A DNA stretch of 64,000 nt, from the NCBI GenBank assembly GCA_035299425.1, contig DATGWP010000160.1, positions 4,929 to 68,928 of the forward strand. The letters run 5' to 3'. The first letter of the stretch is position 1; each line of letters opens with the position of its first letter. The stretch comes from Chitinophagales bacterium. GTDB lineage: Bacteria; Bacteroidota; Bacteroidia; Chitinophagales; LD1. A program made the translations under genes and the position numbers. The notes beneath the pieces were generated by a model. The model searched no databases. It was not told the origin of the DNA and saw only the letters and a program-made list of their open reading frames with translations. Shown in pieces: positions 55,530-64,000 of the stretch.

Positions 55530-56803
55530 GTACTAAAAAGGTCCTGATTTTCACCTACTACTTCCCCCCTGCCGGTGGCGTGGCCGTGCAGCGTTTTCTA
55601 AAGTTTAGCAAATATCTGCCGGAGTTTGGCTGGGAGCCGATAATAGTAAGCGTAGAAAACGGTAGCTATCCATACTATGATGAGTCACTGCTGAACGAGC
55701 TTTCGCCATCGTTAAAAGTTTACCGCACCAAAACATTCGAGCCTTTTGAGTTTTATAATTTATTGAAAGGAAAGAAAGGCAAAGCCATGCCGGTAGTATC
55801 GGTAGGTTCGCATCAAAAGCGCTCCTTGTTTCAGCAGACATCGGAATACATAAGGGCAAATTTCTTTATACCCGATGCGCGCAAAGGCTGGGTGCCGTAT
55901 GCTGTAAAACAGGGAGAGGATATAATCAAGAGCCAGAAGATTGACGCTATAATAACTACCGGCCCGCCTCATTCTACACACCTGATAGGGTTACAACTAA
56001 AGCAAAAATATGGAGTAAAATGGGTAGCCGATTTCCGTGACCCGTGGACGGGCATATTTTATAACAACATACTGCCCCGCACAGAAAGCACCAAACGAAA
56101 AGATAAGGCCCTGGAAACACAGGTACTACAAACCGCCGACCTGGTTACCGTAATAAGCCCAGGAATGAAAAAGGAATTTGAAGCCCGGGCCAAGAAGATT
56201 GAAGTAGTGATGAATGGTTACGACCATGAAGATTTTGCCAATACCATAACCCGCAAAGAGGATGTATTTACTATCCGCTATGTAGGCAACCTGATGGCCA
56301 GCCAAAATGTAGAAGCGCTTTGGAAAGCACTAGCAAAATACAAGGGCGAATTTAAACTTGAACTAATAGGACGAGTAGATGATGCGGTGAAGAATAGTAT
56401 TACAGAAAGTGGCATAAGCGAATATGTGCGTTATGTTGACTTTGTGGGCCACAAAAAGGCTATAGAGCTAATGCAACAAGCAGATATGCTGTTATTTGTA
56501 ATACCCGATGTAAAGGATGGCGCGCTGATATTAACGGGTAAATTGTTTGAATACCTGGCCAGTAAAACCGAGTTAATCTCCTTTGGCCCTGTGAATGGCA
56601 ATGCGGCAGAAATATTGCAACAAACAGGTCGTAAAAACATGCTGGCTTTTACTGATACTAATGAAACAGCGAAACAAGTTGAATCGGCATTGAGCCATTT
56701 TAAACAAACAAAGACTGCGTTTAAATACTCTGATACTAAAGCGGAAGTATTTAGCAGGAAGAACCAGGCGGGGAAGTTGGGGGAGTTGCTGGCAGGGTTA
56801 TAG
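55526..56803 (+). CDS. GT-B glycosyltransferase (family 4-like)
   Basis: KVLIFTYYFPPAGGVAVQR N-terminus. The GTG start overlaps the YfhO stop (GTGA). Confidence 0.7.
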   Translation: MSTKKVLIFTYYFPPAGGVAVQRFLKFSKYLPEFGWEPIIVSVENGSYPYYDESLLNELSPSLKVYRTKTFEPFEFYNLLKGKKGKAMPVVSVGSHQKRSLFQQTSEYIRANFFIPDARKGWVPYAVKQGEDIIKSQKIDAIITTGPPHSTHLIGLQLKQKYGVKWVADFRDPWTGIFYNNILPRTESTKRKDKALETQVLQTADLVTVISPGMKKEFEARAKKIEVVMNGYDHEDFANTITRKEDVFTIRYVGNLMASQNVEALWKALAKYKGEFKLELIGRVDDAVKNSITESGISEYVRYVDFVGHKKAIELMQQADMLLFVIPDVKDGALILTGKLFEYLASKTELISFGPVNGNAAEILQQTGRKNMLAFTDTNETAKQVESALSHFKQTKTAFKYSDTKAEVFSRKNQAGKLGELLAGL

Positions 56804-57859
56804 CTTAATAAGTCCATTACAAAGTTCAAGCAGCTTTTGTTTACGAACATCAAGCGTGTAATTCGATACAATTCGCTCGCGCGCTTTTGACTGCAATGCT
56901 ACTTTATCTGTACTTAGTGCAGTTTTAATAGTATTCTTTAATTCATCCACATTCCTGTTTTTTAGCACAAGGCCACTATCCCCAATTATTTCGGGTATTG
57001 AAAAAACATTGGAGCCAATAGGAATGCATTGACAAAGCATAGCCTCGCAAAGAGAGTTAGGAAAACCTTCGGCCATTGATAATTGCAAGTAAAATTCGCA
57101 TTCGCTAAAAATAGCTATCAGTTCTTCGTTCTTAACGGCAGACAGCACTGTTACATTATGAGGTTTAGTAGTTATACGGCTATCACTATCTACCCCCAAT
57201 ATTATAAACTCGCAATCGGGAAATTGCGGAGCTACTTCCAGTATTAAATCGATGCCCTTTAGCTTTTGCTGAAAGTGATACTCCCATGCGCCACTAACGG
57301 TGATGAAGGTGTTTTTCTTCTTCTCTTTAATGCAATGCCATTTAACTGTATCGTATCCATTTGTAATTTCTGTAAACGGTGTATGTAATTTTGGCAAGCG
57401 CGCGTATATGCCTTGTTGTGAGGGCTCGCCGGCAGCATAGGTATACTCACATTGCATTAGGGTTTTATGCTTGGGTGCAATATGTGAACACAACCGGAAT
57501 GAAAGAGCAGTAAATGTTTTAAGAACAGGCTTTTGCCAATTGCCATAACCAATACCCGGAAAATAATGGGCATCGGTACCACCCACTACAATTAGACAAG
57601 GCACCCTGAAAAACCAGCCTGACAAAGCAGGTAATAAGGAATGATAACCGGCAAATTGAACAACTAGCAAATCAACCTTACTTATATTGATGAGAACAAA
57701 GAAAAGTTGCGACAAAAAACTTAACGGCGTGTGCAGTTTAGTGGCTGGCAAAAAATCGTGCCCCTTTACGTTATACTGCGCCGACAGAATTTCAATATCC
57801 TTTTTTACAAAAGAAGAAAGATGGTTATAGAAAAACAGGACGTTCTTCTTGTTACTCAA
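56798..57859 (-). CDS. GT-B glycosyltransferase (family 1/4)
   Basis: EGFPNSLCEAMLCQCIPIGSNV (EX7E region). Confidence 0.72.
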   Translation of the reverse strand: MSNKKNVLFFYNHLSSFVKKDIEILSAQYNVKGHDFLPATKLHTPLSFLSQLFFVLINISKVDLLVVQFAGYHSLLPALSGWFFRVPCLIVVGGTDAHYFPGIGYGNWQKPVLKTFTALSFRLCSHIAPKHKTLMQCEYTYAAGEPSQQGIYARLPKLHTPFTEITNGYDTVKWHCIKEKKKNTFITVSGAWEYHFQQKLKGIDLILEVAPQFPDCEFIILGVDSDSRITTKPHNVTVLSAVKNEELIAIFSECEFYLQLSMAEGFPNSLCEAMLCQCIPIGSNVFSIPEIIGDSGLVLKNRNVDELKNTIKTALSTDKVALQSKARERIVSNYTLDVRKQKLLELCNGLIKL

Positions 57860-57966
57860 TTACTATGCTTTTAAAGGTTCAATACAAGTAGGTTAGCTTC
57901 TGTTTTGACATAATAGCTTATACTTGCCATTACAATTCAAACTTAATATTCCTTATTTAATTCCAA

Positions 57967-59133
57967 ATGATAGAATTAAACACGCAAGAAAAGAAATTGG
58001 CTGAAAGATTTCATCAGCTAAAGCAGGAAGCGGGTTCGCATTCGCCCAGTATTTTTACGTTTAAGCAAAAATTGCCTGAGTTAGATATTAAAGTAGACGC
58101 TTGCTTTTTATCTAACCCCTATGCTACCGACCTCTTTCTTTCTTATTTTAAAAGAGAGGTAATGGATACGGATAAAATACGTGAGTTGCTGGAGTTTTAC
58201 CCATCGCAAAACACGGTGATAGCCGAACTACTGGGCAATTTTTTGAAAGTTCACCCGGAACAGATTTTTGTGGGAAATGGGGCTATAGAGGTTATACAAG
58301 CCGTGTTACACAACTTTACCAAAAAGAAGATACTGATTAACATCCCTACATTTTCGTCGTACTACGAGTTTGTAAAAGAAGGCATAGAGGTGATTTATAA
58401 TAACCTGAAAAAGGAAAATGATTACCGGTTAGATACCCAGGACCTGGTAACCAAGGTAAAAGAAACCCATCCCGATACGGTTGTAATAATAAACCCTAAC
58501 AACCCGGATGGAGGATATATACCAGTAGCCGCTTTGCAGGATTTACTGCAAGAGCTAAAAAATGTAGAAACCATAATACTGGATGAAAGCTTTATACACT
58601 TTGCGTACGAAGACAGTTCATTTGACCCTATTAATACGCAGGCGCTTATTGAAAAATACCCGAACCTGGTGATTATTAAAAGTATGAGCAAGGATTTTGG
58701 TATAGCCGGTGTAAGGTCCGGATACGGTGTAATGAGTAAAGAACGCGTAAGCGCCTTAATAAAGAATGGTTACTTGTGGAACTCGAACGGATTAAGTGAA
58801 TTTTTCTTCCGCTTGTACGTGCGAGAAGATTTTGCCCGGGATTATGAACAAGTAAGAAAAAGATATATAACAGATACAATTGAGTTTATCCAACAGCTAT
58901 CTGAGTTACAAGGAATAAAAGTGCTGCCAAGCAAGGCCAATTTTGTACTGGTAGAAATATTAAACAATGTAACATCGATGGAATTGGTAGTAGCGCTCTT
59001 GATTAAGCATGGTATATATGTGCGTACGGCTAACGATAAAATTGGTTTGCAGGGAGAATACATAAGAGTAGCATCGAGAACAAAGGAAGAAAATGCTGTA
59101 ATGGTGCAGGCTTTCCGCGAATTGCTTGCTTAA
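57967..59133 (+). CDS. class I/II PLP-dependent aminotransferase/decarboxylase (HisC/CobD-like)
   Basis: NPNNPDG and PLP-lysine motif SMSKDFGIAGVRSGY. Confidence 0.82.
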   Translation: MIELNTQEKKLAERFHQLKQEAGSHSPSIFTFKQKLPELDIKVDACFLSNPYATDLFLSYFKREVMDTDKIRELLEFYPSQNTVIAELLGNFLKVHPEQIFVGNGAIEVIQAVLHNFTKKKILINIPTFSSYYEFVKEGIEVIYNNLKKENDYRLDTQDLVTKVKETHPDTVVIINPNNPDGGYIPVAALQDLLQELKNVETIILDESFIHFAYEDSSFDPINTQALIEKYPNLVIIKSMSKDFGIAGVRSGYGVMSKERVSALIKNGYLWNSNGLSEFFFRLYVREDFARDYEQVRKRYITDTIEFIQQLSELQGIKVLPSKANFVLVEILNNVTSMELVVALLIKHGIYVRTANDKIGLQGEYIRVASRTKEENAVMVQAFRELLA

Positions 59134-59178
59134 TATTATTCAGATTCAACCCGACATCCATAACCCGTAAAATACAAA

Positions 59179-59724
59179 GTGATAAGAGGCGTTTTCAATT
59201 TCGTGTGTGGTTATTTTTTTCTCATACTATTTCGCATAAAATCGAAATTGAATGACGATAAGCACCTGTATGTTTTTGATATTGACAATACCATTGGAGA
59301 CACCTACCCTACTCTGAATCAGAAGTATGCAACCGAAAAAGAAAGATTGCTTTCTATACCTGTTTTTCCAAGAATTAAGAATCTGCTTTCCGGTCTTTTG
59401 AAGTCAAGAAGCCGTAAGGTTATTTTTCTTACATCGCGCTCATATCTTACCTGGGCTGTTACCCATCAGTGGATTAAAAACAATGGATTAGAGGTAAGTC
59501 TAACCGATGTAATTATTGTTTCTTCCCCTGGCCAAAAAATAGAATTTCTCAGTAAAATTCTACCCCGTAAACGGGATGTAACTTTTATTGACGATTTGAG
59601 CTGGAACCACGAAAAGGGCGATGTAAAATTTTACAGTAGCGAAATTGAATTAATTTCGGGCCTTCCATTGCGCTATGTGGGTTACAATACCATAAAGCGC
59701 TTTAACTCGAAAACTAAAAAGTGA
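59179..59724 (+). CDS. HAD-superfamily phosphatase-like protein
   Basis: Motif I FDIDNT (DxDxT), motif II LTSRS, motif IV FIDDL. GTG start. Confidence 0.6.
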   Translation: MIRGVFNFVCGYFFLILFRIKSKLNDDKHLYVFDIDNTIGDTYPTLNQKYATEKERLLSIPVFPRIKNLLSGLLKSRSRKVIFLTSRSYLTWAVTHQWIKNNGLEVSLTDVIIVSSPGQKIEFLSKILPRKRDVTFIDDLSWNHEKGDVKFYSSEIELISGLPLRYVGYNTIKRFNSKTKK

Positions 59725-60788
59725 AAGGATTCTTATACCGTAATGTTAAGCGCTTAATCAGGCTGTATTACACCTTTAAAACAGTTAACTGGTTGCAGTT
59801 TTTCCGCCTGCACTCGAAAGATGCAGGTATAGTAGTGCTGATGCGCCCTCAGTTAAAAAGTATTTTCAAAGATACATTTGAACCGGATATCGTTTTGATT
59901 GGTGTGATAGTAAAAATGGGATTGCCACTACGGGTATACCGGGGCAATAAGTATGGTCAGTTTTACGACAAAACAATTGTTTTTAACGCCAGCTACCTGT
60001 TTAACGAACACCAGTTTCAAAACTATAGTTCGTACCAGGCGTATGTAATGAAACAGCTGGAATACCAGGGCAATAATGTGTTTCCGGGGGCAGATGAAAT
60101 TGTATACTGGGAGAATAAAGAATACATGTATAACAAGTTTAAAGAGCTTGGCATACGCCATCCCGATACTTCTATTTTTCATTCGTACGAAGATTTTAAG
60201 CAGGCTAACCTTAAGTTCCCATTGCTTATAAAAGAGGCACACTCACACGCTGCCGAAGGTGTGTTTAAAGTAAACTCAGCAGAGGATGCCGAGAAGCTTT
60301 TAACCAGCGAACGCTTTAAAAGAGATAACCGGGTAATTATAGCCCAGCAGTTGTTGAATATGCGCAAAGACCTGCGGGTGACGGTACTGGGTGATGAAAT
60401 TATATTGCACTACTGGCGCACTAATCCATCTAAAGAATGGAAGCCGACCTCTACCAGCCATGGCAGCGATGTGGATTTTATAACCTTTCCGGAAAAATGG
60501 AGGAGTTACTTTATAGACGTAAACAAAAAATTAAAGCTGGCTTCGGGTGGTTATGATTATGCATGGGAAAACGACGACCTGGAAACACAACCAATTTGCC
60601 TTGAGGTAAGCCCCACCTATCAGCCAAACCCAACCTTTGATGTAAAAGGAACAACGTATACTTATGGGCAGTGGAAGAAAAAGCTATTACTGAAAGACTC
60701 GTGGGATGAGGCGTATGTGAAATGTTATTTCGACATACGTTATAAGTTGTTTAGCAGATACTTTAAACAGAAAGGGATAATTAAATAG
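59721..60788 (+). CDS. ATP-grasp domain protein (putative amide ligase)
   Basis: FPLLIKEAHSHAAEGVFKV.., IIAQQLL, RVTVLGDEII pattern. The GTG start overlaps the HAD gene stop (GTGA). Confidence 0.55.
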   Translation: MKGFLYRNVKRLIRLYYTFKTVNWLQFFRLHSKDAGIVVLMRPQLKSIFKDTFEPDIVLIGVIVKMGLPLRVYRGNKYGQFYDKTIVFNASYLFNEHQFQNYSSYQAYVMKQLEYQGNNVFPGADEIVYWENKEYMYNKFKELGIRHPDTSIFHSYEDFKQANLKFPLLIKEAHSHAAEGVFKVNSAEDAEKLLTSERFKRDNRVIIAQQLLNMRKDLRVTVLGDEIILHYWRTNPSKEWKPTSTSHGSDVDFITFPEKWRSYFIDVNKKLKLASGGYDYAWENDDLETQPICLEVSPTYQPNPTFDVKGTTYTYGQWKKKLLLKDSWDEAYVKCYFDIRYKLFSRYFKQKGIIK

Positions 60789-60805
60789 CCCCAACAGGCA
60801 CTGCA

Positions 60806-62275
60806 ATGGGCATAATACAGCGGCAAGGCATTAAAAACACCATCAGCTCATACCTGGGCATTCTTCTAGGCTTTGTATCGCTTATTATAATACAGCCCAA
60901 ATTTCTTAAACCAGAAGAGATTGGTTTGGCGCGGGTACTTTTTGCTTTTTCTACCTTAATAGCAAGTTTTATCCCAATAGGGGTAACCAATATGACTATT
61001 AAGTATTTCCCTTATTTCAGAAACCACAAGAACGGGCACAACGGCTTCTTCGGGTTTATGCTTATTTTTCCCATTATAGGGTTCATCATTTCAGCATCAG
61101 GGTTATATATATTCCGTGATTTTGTGATTGCCCAGTACCGCCGCGAATCGCCTTTGATCATTGATTTTTACAACTACATTTTTCCTTTCAGTTTGTTTAT
61201 TGCATTTTCTACAGTTGTTACCACTTACCTTATTGCATTATTTAAAAGCACAGTACCATCCTATATAAATGATCTATATACCCGCTTGGCATACATAGGG
61301 TTAATATTCCTGTATTACTTCAACTACCTTACACTTGGGCAATTTATGGGTGCTTATGTAGGTATTTATAGCGTACAGTTACTACTACTTATATTTTATC
61401 TGGTAAAAGAAGACAAGCCATCGCTGATTATAAATTGGGATTTTTTCAAACAACAAGGACTTAAGGAGATGATAAGCTTTGGCCTGCTGCTTTCCTTTTC
61501 ATCAATAGCAGCGCTTGGGTTAAAAACACTCGACTCGGTTTTGATAGGTAAATTTCTACCGCTCAGTTTTGTAGGTATTTATGCCATTGCTTCGTTTATA
61601 CCCACTATTATAGAAACCCCACTTAATGCTTTAGACAGGATTGTAACAGCAAAAGTGGCACATGCCATTGTAGAGAATGATATAGCAGAAGTAAAAGATG
61701 TTTTTTACAAATCAGTTAAATACCTTTCTCTTATAGGTGCACTACTTTTTGTGGGTATAAACTGCAATATCACTTTCTTGCTTTCGCTAGTTGGAAAAGA
61801 CTTTGAGCAAGGCTATGAAGTGGTATGGATAATATCTGTAGGAGCACTGATAAATATGATGGGCGGGGCTAACGGTTCCATTGTTTTTTATTCTTCTAAA
61901 TACTGGCAGGGGGCGCTCTTATTATTACTACTGGTTGTTATTACCTTTGCCTGCAACATGCTTCTTATTCCGCGTTTTGGAATAAATGGAGCCGCCATGA
62001 GCACCGCTATCTCTTCGTTATTATATACAGGAATAAGGCTATTTATTACGCATCGCAAGTTTGGGTTTCAGCCATTTGATATTAATACAGTTAAAACGAT
62101 TGCCATCCTGCTTTTCTGCCTTGCATTGAACTATGTGTTGCCTGTTTTTAGTTCAGCCATCCTTAACATCATATTCAGAAGTGTTGTTTTAGGAGGTTCC
62201 TTTTTGGTAATTACTTACTTTCTAAAAATAGTTCCGGAATTCCATCATTTTCTGCCCTGGGAGAGAAACAAGTAA
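60806..62275 (+). CDS. oligosaccharide flippase (Wzx/MOP family)
   Basis: 489 aa with about 14 TM helices. Confidence 0.8.
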   Translation: MGIIQRQGIKNTISSYLGILLGFVSLIIIQPKFLKPEEIGLARVLFAFSTLIASFIPIGVTNMTIKYFPYFRNHKNGHNGFFGFMLIFPIIGFIISASGLYIFRDFVIAQYRRESPLIIDFYNYIFPFSLFIAFSTVVTTYLIALFKSTVPSYINDLYTRLAYIGLIFLYYFNYLTLGQFMGAYVGIYSVQLLLLIFYLVKEDKPSLIINWDFFKQQGLKEMISFGLLLSFSSIAALGLKTLDSVLIGKFLPLSFVGIYAIASFIPTIIETPLNALDRIVTAKVAHAIVENDIAEVKDVFYKSVKYLSLIGALLFVGINCNITFLLSLVGKDFEQGYEVVWIISVGALINMMGGANGSIVFYSSKYWQGALLLLLLVVITFACNMLLIPRFGINGAAMSTAISSLLYTGIRLFITHRKFGFQPFDINTVKTIAILLFCLALNYVLPVFSSAILNIIFRSVVLGGSFLVITYFLKIVPEFHHFLPWERNK

Positions 62276-62383
62276 GGGAATACAGTTATTCCCTTACTGC
62301 AACCTGATTAAGCTTTCCTCATATCAAATTTGCTTAATACAATAATTTATTACCTTTACCGCCGAACCTTAAACCCCGAACCT

Positions 62384-64000
62384 ATGAAAAGAATTTACAC
62401 TATTGTAATTCTGGCTTGCTTTTTCGGCACCGCCAGTGCTCAACACGAATTTGATAAATGGATTTTTGGCAACGGATTGGGACTGGACTTTACCAGCGGT
62501 ACTGCCACCCCATTTACCAGCACAATTAATGCCTGGGATAATGCAGCAAGCATAGCCGACGCAAACGGCAACCTGTTGTTTTATTCTGAAGGATTAAGGA
62601 TATATGACCGAAATGGGACAGTAATGCCACATGGTTCAGGCCTATTGGCAGACACCAGCGGTGGCCAACCTGCAACAATTGTACGCAAACCAGGCAGTGA
62701 AAACCTTTACTATGTATTTACCTGTCCAAACTTTGGAGGCGCAAATGGCCTGCGATATACAGTAGTGGATATGACCCTAAACGGAGGGTTGGGCGATGTA
62801 GATACAAATAACAAAAACATACTTTTTTATACACCTACGGCAGAAAAGCTTGTGCCTGTGGTGCATGCCAATGGATATGATATCTGGATTTTGGCGCACG
62901 AATGGGGCACAAATACATTTAGATCATATTTACTTACTGCCAATGGTTTTGTATCCAACTATGTTGCATCTACAATAGGCTCGGTACATGGTGGCAATGT
63001 TAACAATGCTGTAGGGCAGCTAACTGTAAGTAAGGATGGCTCGCGGGTGGCCTGCTGTATGTTTAACGATGGAAAGATTGAGATATTTAATTTTAACAGA
63101 CAAAGCGGTGTGCTGACCAATGCTAAAACTATTACCGGTTATAGTGGAGTATTGGGTCTTGAGTTTTCGCCCGATGGCTCTAAATTATATGCTACACGCT
63201 ATCTGGGGCCAAATATCACCCAATTTGACCTGAGCAATTTTACGCAAAGCGCTATTATAGCTTCTGCCAGTACTGTTGGCACAATACCTACCATATGGGG
63301 CAATTATTATGGCGGTTACATGACCCTGGGTCCTGATGATAAAATATATGTAGCTCAAAGCTTTAACAACAAAGTAGGGGTAATAAACAATCCCAATGCA
63401 CTCGATTCTGCCTGCAACTATGATGGCAACGCACTGAATTTTGGTAGCCGGAAAAATGACGCCGGCCTGGTAGATAAGATTGCCGTAACGCCGGTAAATT
63501 ATTCAGTACACGTTGAAATTGGCAATTCTCAAACTATTTGCAATAGCAGTTATATAATTTTCGACCCGCAGGTTACCAATGGTGTGCCTCCGCTTACTTA
63601 TGCATGGACGGCTACCGGCGACCAGCTAAGCTGCAGCAACTGTAAACACCCGGGTGTAACCGTAGGGCAAAATTCGACATACATATTAACCGTAACTGAC
63701 GCGAATGGTAAAACGGGCACAGATACCGTTGAGTTTACAACCTCTGGAACTACCAGCACACTAGGCTTAGCGCTTGTAAAACTGAACAACATAGATTGTA
63801 ACCATTCGGTTGATAGCACCAGAGGTGAAGTAACCAATGGAACGGAACCTATAAACTACCATTGGGGCGATGGCAGCAACCAGGTAGGTACATCTTCTGA
63901 ATTACACATGTATTCGGCGGCTGGTATTTATGTAGTATCGGTAACCGATGCCACCGGATGTATTAATTCGGCATTTGATACGGTGATAAACGCAGGGATT
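62384..64000 (+). CDS. secreted beta-propeller/Ig-repeat surface protein (5' partial, runs off window)
   Basis: Not in the ORF track. ATG at 62384, signal peptide MKRIYTIVILACFFGTASAQ, open for 539 codons to the window end. Ig-like repeats (PPLTYAWTATGD..TVTDANG; INYHWGDG..VSVTDATG) are typical of T9SS cargo. Confidence 0.7.
   Translation, partial: MKRIYTIVILACFFGTASAQHEFDKWIFGNGLGLDFTSGTATPFTSTINAWDNAASIADANGNLLFYSEGLRIYDRNGTVMPHGSGLLADTSGGQPATIVRKPGSENLYYVFTCPNFGGANGLRYTVVDMTLNGGLGDVDTNNKNILFYTPTAEKLVPVVHANGYDIWILAHEWGTNTFRSYLLTANGFVSNYVASTIGSVHGGNVNNAVGQLTVSKDGSRVACCMFNDGKIEIFNFNRQSGVLTNAKTITGYSGVLGLEFSPDGSKLYATRYLGPNITQFDLSNFTQSAIIASASTVGTIPTIWGNYYGGYMTLGPDDKIYVAQSFNNKVGVINNPNALDSACNYDGNALNFGSRKNDAGLVDKIAVTPVNYSVHVEIGNSQTICNSSYIIFDPQVTNGVPPLTYAWTATGDQLSCSNCKHPGVTVGQNSTYILTVTDANGKTGTDTVEFTTSGTTSTLGLALVKLNNIDCNHSVDSTRGEVTNGTEPINYHWGDGSNQVGTSSELHMYSAAGIYVVSVTDATGCINSAFDTVINAGI

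Overview
The window is most likely from a Bacteroidota genome of Sphingobacteriia type. This is inferred from T9SS C-terminal sorting domains, a PorV-like gene, -33 TTTG / -7 TAnnTTTG promoters, the absence of Shine-Dalgarno sites and a Lys-rich rpsL tail. No rRNA genes, CRISPR arrays or transposases were seen.

Gene content by region:
- 1-22 kb: a secreted beta-helix protein, a PAS histidine kinase with two response regulators, an OmpA protein and an Omp85-like protein, then macro-domain, Fur, STAS, purA, cytochrome c, GNAT, pabB and tyrS genes. This stretch ends with a PorV-like gene and a 1735-aa gingipain (C25)-like T9SS protein.
- 22-43.5 kb, almost all on the minus strand: an unusually fragmented set of translation-gene operons, interrupted by unrelated genes. 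The operon pieces are rpsU; rpsL-rpsG-fusA-rpsJ-rplC; tRNA-Trp-secE-nusG-rplK-rplA-rplJ; rplL alone; and infA-rpmJ-rpsM-rpsK-rpsD-rpoA-rplQ. The interrupting genes are cysE-cysK, an RCK K+ channel, saccharopine dehydrogenase, a ComEA-like protein, a CPCC protein, xerC-like and a GT2.
- 43.5-64 kb: acyl-CoA dehydrogenase, apt, two APC permeases and an MBL hydrolase. These are followed by a glycoconjugate locus with a GT39-like enzyme, YfhO, two GT4/GT1 enzymes, a PLP enzyme, a HAD phosphatase, an ATP-grasp enzyme and a flippase. The window ends in a partial T9SS-type surface protein.

Most interesting observations:
1. A 17-codon leader ORF with five consecutive Cys codons, followed by an intrinsic terminator directly upstream of cysE-cysK. 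This is a candidate ribosome-mediated cysteine attenuator.
2. A roughly 220-nt intergenic element in two copies, whose hairpin keeps perfect pairing through a paired indel.
3. A duplicated promoter/leader segment flanking a GT2 gene that sits between rpsU and xerC.
4. Five translation-gene promoters that share an extended TAnnTTTGC(C)GTCC motif.
5. A PLP-enzyme, HAD and ATP-grasp trio resembling the Campylobacter glucuronamide-decoration module.

All functional calls rest on motif and family recognition by eye. No database search or RNA-folding program was run.
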